Virus record (IMG/VR): IMGVR_UViG_3300017708_002001
Span: 1 to 29,474 of that record
Source of the DNA: a virus
Lineage: Duplodnaviria > Caudoviricetes
Reading direction: 5' to 3' (one strand)
DNA length: 29,474 nucleotides
In this document: piece after piece, positions 16,806 to 28,800 of the stretch
How positions within the stretch are numbered: position 1 is the stretch's first letter
Layout: each line of letters begins with the position of its first letter
Position numbers and translations under genes: made by a program
Notes under the pieces: generated by a model
Database searches by the model: none
What the model was told of the DNA's origin: nothing
Seen by the model: only the letters and a program-made list of their open reading frames with translations

Positions 16806-19800
16806 CTAAGCACCATAGAATGGGAGTTGATTATCTGCAGTAATATTTGCAGAATTAACAATAGACTTAGTAGATCTGATTGCACCACTCTTATCAAATC
16901 CAGCATTTCCTCTTCTTTGAAGAACAGGGAATGTAGATAATCCAGCATCAACTGTTAAACCAGTTACACCAATAGAAACACCACCACTGCGTTCAGCATA
17001 ATTATATATTCTACCCCAAGATAGATATCCAAGTGCAGTTGTTGCTGTACCTGCTTGATTATCCTCAAAACCTCCAGAAGTTGAAATTCCTGCAATAGGA
17101 CTATCACTATGAACGTTGAGAATTAACTCTGCATCAGGTCCATTTTCAAAACTTTTTTGACTAACAACATATACATTATCTAAGAATGTAGTTCCAATGG
17201 CAACAACAGCATCATTACTATCGAATACTGAAGTTACGCCAGTTCCAACTTTAGTTCCATAAACCATAATTGGATAACCAGCAACCAAATCAAGTGCATC
17301 AGAAGCAAGTTGTGCTTCTCCACCTGTAGTGTAATCCTTAAGTGCTCTAAAGTTAATCTTGAGAGCAAGTGGATGTCCACCAGTTCCAGTTGTTGCAGAA
17401 ATACCAGTTATAATGCCAGAGAAACCTTGGATATTTGTAGATTCCTTAATTTCCTCCTTAATTATACTAGGAGTTTCAATAATTAAATGTGGTGGATTTG
17501 TGTTAGTATATCCTAAACCAGGATTTGTAATATTTACTGAAGATATCGATCCATTAGAAATAGTTGCTGTGGCAGTTGCCGTAGTTCCTATACCAACACC
17601 AATAACTTTTGGTGCAGAGAATTTAATATCCAATGACGTTCCACTGTATCCAGAACCTACGTTTGTAGTGTTGATTCCAGAAATAGTTCCTGCTATAGAG
17701 ACATTAGCAGTAAATCCTGCTCCAATAGGATCATTTGCATCAATTATAACAGCATCTAGGGAATCAAAGAGATTGCTAAATGATGGGTGAGTATAAACTT
17801 CTTCCTCATAATTAAAGAACTGAATATTATCAACAAAGATTTCCGATGAGGTTGGAGTAACATCACCAATAATTTTTGCCGTTGGGAAGATTCTTGCTTC
17901 TAAAATATCTCTAGATTTTGAGATAAGATCACCTTTGATAAACTTATCTACCTTTTGCTTGGTCCAATCAAATGGTCTGTAATCAATATCATTAATTCCA
18001 GGTCCAGTGTAAATATCAGTTTCAACAATGTCAGAACCAATAATGTCTGAAATCGTTCTACTACGTATTTGTTGCTGATATAAGTTGTCAACTGCACTTG
18101 AGAATAATGGATGTCTATTTACGAATAGATCATCGCCTTTTTTGATTGTTTCTTTAACTTCAATTCTAGTAACATCAATGCTATCTTGACCAATATAGAA
18201 GAATATGTCTACTTTATCTTGAGGTTGAGGAGCTTCTGTAAATATGAATGAAGAACCACCACCTTCAAAAGTATATGCTATTTTTGGAGTTTGTATAACA
18301 CCATTTACAAAAATTACAAGTACAGCATCTAAATCGATTGCAGATGATAATGGAGATTGACTATCAAGTGCAAAACTCAAAAGTTCACCAACATAGAATA
18401 ATGGGAATCTTTTTCTACTTCCATCTTGGAATCCAGCAATACTATCAATATAATCAAGTTCACCGAAAGACCATGCAGCAAAGAAATCATTGAAAGTTGA
18501 TGTAACTTCAACTTGGAAGTCTGAAGATGGTTGTGCAAAGTCTTTTGCAGTTACAAGACCAACAACTTTAAACACATCACCAGGACGGAAATCATATCCA
18601 TTTCTAGTAAGTTTAAAGGTATCCACAGAATACTGAGCACCAGGTGCAACAGTTCTTGGTGGAATACTTGAAGATACAACAGCGGTTGTAACGATACCAA
18701 CTAATGTATGAATTGCAGATTGAACATTTGCACATTGTGCTGGTGTAGTTGAAGAGGTCAATTTGCGCTCAATAGAAGCAAGTTCTGAGAATGTGAATAT
18801 ATGATTATATTGTTCACCTGCTGGTGATGCTCCAACATTAACTCTGAAAGTATTTGTGGTTACATTAGTAATACTTAAGAAGGTATCTGCTGCAGGATCA
18901 GTTGGTCTAGGATATCTGTGCTCAGTTGCAAAGTTATCTTTATCACACTTAAAGATTAGTGAATTAGTTCTAATCTTAATTTGATCTCCATTTGAGAACT
19001 GATGATTTGGAATTGTTACTGTAGTAATTCCAGAAGAAGCAGTGTATGCAACGTTGGATGGAGTGTATTTTACAGTATCATAAGTGATTGATGTATCAAA
19101 TACTTGTGTCTTAGTAGTATACCCACCAATAGTAACTGCCTCATTTCTCATTGCCTGAACTGCAAGATCTCTTGCCTGATTAAATGCATATGCAGTTTCT
19201 TGTTCTTCTCCCGAAACGTGTGCCCCAGTAATATAAAGATTTGCTGCATCTACAGTATAATCATTGCCACCATATTTGAGATTATATGAGATAGACTCAA
19301 GAACATCAACAATATCATCCTTACAATCTTGCCCATTAGTGCCTGCAGGAGGTGAATATGATGGGAACTGTGCTAACATTCTTCCATAAGCAATATCAGC
19401 AATAAATGCTGCATTATCCTCAATCAGATTTGCTGCATCAAAGAACCTATCACCAAGTGCTTTTTCAGTAGTTTGTGCGATAGTGAGATTCATCAGAACA
19501 TTTCTACCTGTCAATGATGTTGCACCAATACCAAGTCTAGAAACACCAGTAACTTCCATATTTTCATAATTTGGTTCAGGAATTACAATTCTTGGATTCT
19601 TATATCCAGAACCAGTAGAAGTTACGTTTAATGCAAGTGTTCCACCAGCACCAACAACTGCTTCAATGGCAGCCCCAGTTCCAGAACCACCACCAGATCC
19701 AACATTTACTGTAATAATATTTGTTGTAACATTAGTGATCGTAAGATTCTGTCCTGATGCTGGATCAGTTGATCTTGGATATGGTTGCTCAGTAAAGTGT

Positions 19801-22800
19801 TGGTCTTCATCACAAGTAAAGATTAATCCATCATCAGCAATTGTAATAGTATCACTAACAGATAATCCGTGGTTTGGAATAGTAAGTCTTAAAACACCAG
19901 TTTTTGAATCATAGTTTGCTTTTGTTGGAGTGAATGGTCCACCACTTGAAGCAGTAACGCTATTTGTAATAGCACGAACAAATTTATGAACGAATGCAAG
20001 ATCGGTAACTGCAATTCCGATAGGATGTCTATAACCGGATCCAATATTAAGATCAAAGTGCTGATAAATCTGACCATCTTTAAGATAGTTGTGAATAATA
20101 GTACTAGGACCTACTTGAACGTTCAGTTTTGTTGAATCTATAATATTTGCGATATCAAGAGATCTATTATGATCTGGGAAAATGCTTGTAGTTACTCCAG
20201 AATAAACACTGGAGCAAGTAAACTCAAGACCAACAAGTCTAACTCTATCAGCACCCTTTAAGTAATGGGAATCTGATGTTTCAATTTCAAGGATACCACT
20301 AATATTATTATAATGTGCCGTTGTAATTGAAACTGGATTAATGAAGGTGTTTACACCTACAACACCTGTGATTGCACCAGATGAATTTGTTTCTGCAATG
20401 AACTTAGCACCAACAAGAGGTGCATATCCGAGACCAGGTGTTGAACCTAATGATACAATTTGACCACCTCTTGGTAACTGATTTTGGTTAATATCTGATT
20501 CAGATTGAATGTAAGATCCATCAACTGATGTAATGCCTGTGAATACTACACTAGAGATTCCCGAAATATTATCTTGTTCAAAATCATAATTATTTCCAGA
20601 ATTATTGAGTGTAGATGGAGTTTGGAACACTCCATTGATGAATAAAATTCCACTACCAATACCAACGCCTGTAGTATTCAAACCAGATGTTGTTAAAGTG
20701 TAAGTTTTACCGACCCCAGTAAAACTATCCGAAATATCATCGAATAGCATATTCTTTTCATAATTTGATCTTAAGAAAGTTCTTCCAGAAAATTCTGCCT
20801 TAACATAAGGGAGATTAGATTCATTTCTTCTTGCTCTAGTATTACCTTTTGGTGGATCAATGAAGTGGACATTGTTACCAACAATATTAAGTGCCCCTCT
20901 ATAAATCCTTGCTTCTGCGCCATCACTGTGTGCTTCTGCTCTGGTTCCTAATGAACCTCTTTGAACAGCAACTGTTGGGTGAGTTGCGGCGGTACCAGCG
21001 GCAATAATTCCATTAATAGGACCAAGAAGTGCTCCATTGACATTGGTACTTAATCCAACTTCAACAATCTTCATATATTCATCATCAATCTTAAGAACAT
21101 CTCTTGGTTGAACAGAACTAATACCTGTGAGATTGAACGTTGAAATTCCTGCAGTAATTCCACCATTATTAAAATCTAAATTATGATTAATTGGTGTAAA
21201 TGCAATTGGTTGCTGAACAATACCATCCAGAGCAATGACAGTCTTAGAAAGTTTCTTAGTTATCTCAAGTTCGTGGATATTACCCAAACCAGCATCAGTA
21301 AAGGTTACAAATATACCTGCTTTTGCATATTCACGTCTGGTTGATAATTGGAATGTATCAGGAGTGAGTGCAATAGGATATACTCTATCTGGTAATTTGT
21401 CAGTAACAATACCAGTATAACCTTCGGTTGAACCAATCCCCATTGCGGTAGAACCAATACCAGCAAATGTTGATGATGGACGGTAAATAAGTTCTTCTCC
21501 AGTATTAAAGAAGTGATTGCGTAATGTAATAACTCCAGTTACATAATTAACTTGTGCAGTATCGGTGGGAACGAATGACTTGACATAGATTGGATCACCT
21601 TCATGGGAAAGTTTGAATTGAGTTCTATTTGCTCTCAATCCATTGATTCCATCATAAGCATCATATAAAACCTCACCAATGGTAGGTCCATATGTATTTG
21701 GTAGTGGTGTATTATCATAATCTTGCTCAGTATAGAATACTTCATTGTATCCTTGAACTTCTACGTCATACGGAGTATCTGGATAGAAATTTAGATAATA
21801 TCTTGATCCATCAATTTCTCCACCAAATGTCCCAAGTCCAGTAACATTATTAACTGCTGCAAATGGACCAGGAACTACTGTAGTTTGTAAAGTATTTGAA
21901 AGAATTGAAACCTGATGAATTGCAGAAGTTTCTCCTGCAGAAACACGAACAACCGAATTTGAAGATGAAACTGATTCAAGATCGAAAGTTCCAACTCTAA
22001 CTGCAGTTGTTCCAAACCCAACAGTAGATTCAATTTTAACGCTCTTTTCAGTGCCTGCAGGTTGATTATTTACAAGATATCTGTATGTTCCAATACCAGT
22101 AGTTGTTGTTCCAAATCCAACAATAGTAGAACGAACATCATAAAGACCAACTAAGGAAGAAATACCAACATTCTGTGCAGTTAAAGAAACAATGCCAGCA
22201 TTGGCATCATAAATTGCAGAGAGTATTCCAGTTTGTGATGAACTGTAAGATAATGATTGAGTATCAAAATAATACTCACTCAAATAAGTATCAGTACCAT
22301 CAAAATCTACAATAGCTTCAATATAGTTGTGATCTGAAGTAAATCTATCAACAATTTCAACTTTGGCATACATCCCATTGAAATCGTTAACTGGGAAATC
22401 AACTAGAGTTTTAATACTAGATGCTGTTCCAACACTGCCAATACCAGATACAAATGATCCGACAAGATCAATTGATCCGAAAGAAGATGTTCCAGTTTGA
22501 GTTCCACCACCAGCTAATGCTGTGTATAGGTATGATCTCTTGAGAATCTTAATATCATGATCTCTTTCATAGGGATCTGTAGGTGTAAAGATTAAAGTTT
22601 TTCTTCCTGCAGAATCAAGATCAGTACTAAAATCTCCAAGTTTTTCTTTAGTGAAGTTTGTATATTTTTCAAATAAGAATGTATTCAAGGTTGTAGATTG
22701 ATATACTAATTCTGAAAGTTGAACATCTTTAGTGTCTGCATCAACAACTTGAATTACATATCCAACATAATTATCAGAAAAATCAATTTCATCTAATTCA

Positions 22801-25800
22801 ATGAATATATCTTTAAATCCTCTACTAGAGAAGTTATTACTAATGTCATCGTGAATCAAGACTCTATTAGTTCTACACTCAATGTAGTCCTCAAGTTTTA
22901 TATTTTGAAATTTTAAGAACTTAGATTGATCGAAATTAGAAAGTGCATTTTCCCTAATATCATAATCAACTACGTTATCAAAATTATTAATAGTATCAAC
23001 TCTTCTTTCATTTACAACATCAAGAATTGCAATACTAGTTGTTGTTCCAGCAAGTCCTACAGTAGAAGATCCTGTAGAGGTAACTCCAACATCAGCAAAA
23101 TTCTTTAATCCTGCAGGATGAATTATGCTATTAACAGGTGAAGATTGTTCTTCCCAAGTAATTGGACTCTTAACAGAGTAAGAAAGATTTTGATAATAAT
23201 CATTATTAGGAATAACCTGATGATCAACACTAATTTTCCCAGTATCATCTCTCCACCCAAGTTCTTGTTTGGATGAATAATCAATATTAAAATATCCTTT
23301 ATTTCTACTTACACCAGTAACATCTGCAATAGTACCACTTATAACTCCCTTAATTTTATCTCCAATATTTAAATCATAGTTACCTTGAACCTTAATGTAG
23401 TCATCTCTAATTAAAGATACAAATATATCTTCTTCAACAAAAGATGCCCCAGTTGTATTAACATAAAGTTGTTCATTGGCAAAGAATTTTGATCTATCCT
23501 GAATAACTGTTACTTCTGGGTAATATTTTTTGTTTATAATAGTTGCATATCCAGATTGAACTGTTTTAGCTAAACCAACATTTGTAGATAATCCAACACC
23601 AGCATCATCAACAATTTCAAATTCTAGAGTTGCAGGACTAATATTATTATAACTCTTAACTTTGAAGAAGCGATAGTTATAATCCGAAGAATTATATCCA
23701 GTTCCTGTTGAATCTAAATCAATACCTTCAATAAAAATTTCATCGCCAACTTCAAATTGAGGTTGAACAAATCCAAGAATAGGTGTCACAAGAGTACAAG
23801 TTGCAATTCCACTTATACCATCACCTGTCATAGTAGAAATACCAACCCCATTTGAATTATTAACAAACACAAGTTTATGTGTTTCTGATGCTAATCCGAA
23901 TAATGGTGCTAAAATTTCAATTTCCGAGATAGCACCATTTGGTGCTTTCGCCAAAAGTGAATCTTTGTCTACAATTTCTTTAGTTGTATCATTAATAAGA
24001 ATGACGTCAGGATCTCTGAGATATCTACTACCTTGAGAAATAATATCAAAATCTTTAATTGTGTCTAAGTTATCTAAATTTATTACCGGTGGAACAAATG
24101 TTTGCGGTCTTAGAGTTTTATCTGAAGGATAATCATATCCAATATCTTTAAATCTTACTTTTTTAGGTGAACCAATAGATGTAGATTCTGCAAAAATATT
24201 TGCATTAATACCTGTTTCAGATGTTACATCTGTGAATTGGGGCAATCTTTCAAAATTAAATCCTTTAGATATAATTCTTACTTTACCAATAGATCCACTT
24301 AATGCTGATGCAGATTTTGTAGAATATTCAAGTTTATCGCATTGTGATTTATTGTATGTAAGGACTGATGGAATTTTGACAGGAGAAATTTTAAAGGTAG
24401 TTGTATTACCTGCACCTGTTATACCAAATACTTTATGACTACCATTATATTCACTATTAATATAATTAATTTCTGAATAATCATTTACATTTGTATCTGC
24501 AGTACTAATATATCCAGATTTTTCTAATGTATAATACAACCGACTTGGAATATTGTTAGAGTGCTTAAGTGTTAGTGATGGATTAGTTAAAGTACCAAGA
24601 CCAATAGTTGACCCTGCACTAATAATATTAAATTCACTATTATTAGCAACACTGACAAATTCATTTACAAATTCTTTTTCTCTGTATATCTTTAGATTAT
24701 ATCCAAAGAGGGATGGATCTTGCAAATTGAATTGAATGTCAGAATTTCTTACAACGTTAAGTCTTGGATTAATTAATGCTATAGTATGGGGACCAGATCC
24801 AGTAGCAGTAATATTAATCTCTTTTTGATTCGCAGGATTTGATTCATACTGAGTTTCAGCAAGTCTGAAAGTGTTGAGAGAATCCTTAATTATAAAATAA
24901 TCTCCAGATACAATTCCAGTTGCATCACCACTATAATAAATTTTATCACCAGTCGAATATCCGTGGGAAGTTAGAGTGAATGTATTATTACTTAAATTAA
25001 TTGCACTTGATTCTACATCAGTTGAATTTACAAGAATTTTTTTCTCGTTCAAATCCAATGATAATCTTAATGCTGCTGTTGTTCCGACACCAACAATAGT
25101 ATTTGGAAGAACGTTTAACTTAATAACATCATTTCGACTCAGACCATGAGTTTCTGCACAACTTACCAGAGTTGTAATTCTACTTAAATTACCAGTAATT
25201 TGATCTTTATTACTCTTAATTAGATAATCTGATCTATCTGCAGCATTTCCAACATTGTAGAAGAATAGTCCTTCTGATGTTGTACCAACTCCTACAGCAC
25301 CAACAGTTTCACTAACAAGTCCAATATAATTTCTTCCCTTGTTAATTACATAAAGATCTGTTTCTTTTGTTGATAGATCTGGAATAAAGAATGTATTTAC
25401 ATTTGAATTATTCATCCCGACCGTGAAAGAACTTGGATTCCCAGCACCTTTAGATAGGGTTACTTTTTGTCCAGTAGTAAATGGATGATTTGGGAGGTAG
25501 ATTGTTCTAGTCGGAATAGATATTTCAGATGTAGTAATACCTACGGTAATAATTTTTGATATTGCAGAACCATCAGTTAAACCAACACCAACTGCTTCTA
25601 AAGGATTGAAATATACTAAGTCATCACGTTTGGAAGTAAACTTTTTAGTCTTAACTGGCAATCTAACTCTATCACTTATAACATTCAACTCACTACCAAA
25701 TGTGTGAGCAACACCAGTTGTATAATTTGGTGCCTCACCAAATCTTTGAACTCTTAATACGCCATTATTAAAGTTATTCAGAACTCTAACATTTTCAGTT

Positions 25801-28800
25801 CCGGCACTAGAGAAAATAGTAATTGTATTTCCTGCAGATACTACAGGAACATTAGAAACTAAAATATCTTCAAATACACCAACACCAGAAGTTGCTCCAG
25901 TGAAAGAAGTCATGGTTTTTGCCAAACCTACTGTTTCTGTAGTAAACCCAATATGATGAGAATCTGCTAAGTAAGTAACTGCAGTAGATAATCCAGTTAT
26001 TAGAACAGTATCATTATTATTAAAATCTAAATATCCATCTCTAGAATATACAGAAACTACTCTATCAGTATCCCATTCAAATACTACATTCTCATAAGTT
26101 TCTAAGGATGTTGCAACTGAATCAACTTCAATACCTTTAAGTTCAGAAACTTGTGCTCTAAGACCTCTTCCTTTGGTTCCAGTTTCGTCAAAGTTAACTA
26201 CATCACCAATTTGATATCCACTTCCACCATCAACAACTATTACTTCATCAATATCTCCCTGGCTAACAGATTCAATTCTTGCAATTTGTGCAAAAGATTC
26301 ATATGATTCGTTTATAAAATCATAATTTGCATCTTTATCGTTTACTTTATATGGAAAAGTATTACGAACAAGATCTGAATTATTAAAATCAAATGTTTGA
26401 TCTAATACTTCATTTTCCTTTATGAACTTTGATCGGAAAGAATTTCCAATGAAATATGGATATTGTGGTTCTAAAGAACTACCATCTACATTTACACTAG
26501 CAAAGTATGCATAAACTCCGTTTGGAAATTCTGTTGTTTTACAAAATCTTCCATTGTGCTTATCAAGATCACCAACGTCAGTAAACTGATAATCTTCAAT
26601 GAAGAATCCTTCTGGATAATTTGATATTAATGGGCGATCAATAATAGAATTTGAATTTATAACATATCCAGATTCTAACAGTCTAACACCAGACTGAACA
26701 TCATCTATTGCTGAATATCCATATGGTCCGTAAATGGGATTGCCATCATATGCCCATCCAATAATTGGAGAATGATTACTAGCAGTATCATTGAATTTTA
26801 TTGCAAGATCACTTGAATATCCATACATTGAATATACAAGAAGATCATTAGTTTCGTTAGGTGAAAGATTTGAGTATATTTTTTCTTGTCTATTTTTAGT
26901 ATAAGATGCAAATCTTTCAGCATCGTTGACTGTAAGATCTCTAACTCTTAAATCAAACTTTGCTCCAGATCCCCTTGGTTTGATAATAATATCAGTACGA
27001 TTTTGATCATATCCAATTCCACCATTTATAACTTTGACCTCAATTATTTGTTCTCCATTAATACCACCAAGAATCGGTCTTAAAACTGCTCCAGTACCGG
27101 TACCTTCAGTTTCAATGATTGGTAATGATTTATATCCTGCCCCTCTGTTACGGACCTGTACGGCATCAATTCTACCATTAAGGATGATTGGTGATAACTG
27201 TGCGTCCTTGCCCTGTGGAAGCGATATTAGGGGTTTCTTATGAAGGTTTAGGGTATTTGATCCATATCCAGTTCCTTGTTCATAGAGATATGCATCAATA
27301 ATTTCTCCTGTCACGATTGGAGTGAAAACAAATGTTCCCCCAAGAGTTGATCCATAAGAAACATTAATGTCAACACTAATTGGTGGATATTGGAAAATGT
27401 GTGTTCCAACTCCAACTGTCGTAATATCGACTACTTTAGATCTTACAAGATCTGTTGAAATAGAAGCACCAATACCAACATCTATAACACGGAAATTATC
27501 TGCATCAACTTTTTGAACAGAATATCTGTTTGTATCAGTTAATCCACCTATTGAAGTTCCTTCATATGAATAGTCAACAATATCATTAGTATTAAATCCA
27601 TGATTTTTAAAGTAAATTGTATTATACTCTGTAGAGATTCCTGATGAAGAAACTCTCAACTTTCTGTAAGTGTATCCAGATCCAGACTGAATAACTTTAA
27701 CTTCTCTTAAATTTTTTCTTGATAATGTTCTAAACTTATGAATACCACTAGCAGTTGTTGCTGTAGAGAATCCAATAGTATTAATTCCTGCTAAAGCATC
27801 AGCATCAGTTTTGAATAACTTGATACTGGTGGTATTTACAAATTTTGTAACATACTCATCACCACTCACTAAAGTTCCTTCAATAGATTGTGTAGGATCA
27901 TTTGCTACACCAATTGATATTGCATTATGTCCATTTTGATTATAGATCAAGTGCTGACCATCAAAAAGATTATGAAAGTCACTAAAAGTAATAGTTTCAT
28001 TGTCAATATCTACTCCACCTCCTAGAGAAAGAGCACGACTATCAAACGAAAGTTCTCTAAATCTTGACCCCATAACAGGCTCAAGTTGACACCCAGAACC
28101 ATTACCACCAACTAAAGATACACCTTCAATACTTTCAATATCAAAATCTTGAGGATCAACTAAAATTTGATTGACGATACCTTCAATAACAGGTTCAACA
28201 AGTGCATTAGTATTTCCAAGTCCTATGGGTTTACTAATAGTAATTTTTGGTGGATTAATAACATCATATCCATTTCCGCCATTTAAAACTTCAAACTCAC
28301 TGATTGGTCCATAATAAATTTTATCTCTAGATTCTGGACTTGAAATCTGAGTACCATCAACTAAAAGTCCAATAGAACCAATTTTTCTATTTTCACTCTT
28401 TACATCCGATAGTGATGTGTTAAGAGAGAATTTTCTAAGAATTTGATTCGGGGAAAGAACTCTATCTTCATGCCTTCTAAGAGTAAAGGTATGAGTTCCT
28501 ATCAGAGATCCAGATCCTCCACCACTAGAAACAGTGTAATCAAGTTTAATATATTCATTACCCTTAAGTAATGCTTTTGATGAATATAAGTAAATTTTAT
28601 TATTGATTACTGTTCCAGTAGAATCTACAAACTTTTTAATAAAGTATGATGCATTAGAAACTAAACCAGCAATTGGAGTTTCTGCAGTGTAAACAATTTC
28701 ATCACCATCTAAGAAATCGACATCACTTGGGAATACTACTACAGTATAGTTGTTGAAAACATTGTCTCTTTCACCAAGACTAGCAGCATTTTTTTCAATA

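Noticed and set aside
2960-27243. Numerous short plus-strand and off-frame minus-strand ORFs nested in the structural genes
   Set aside because: Typical antisense or frame shadows of long, codon-biased genes; no recognisable motifs or RBS.
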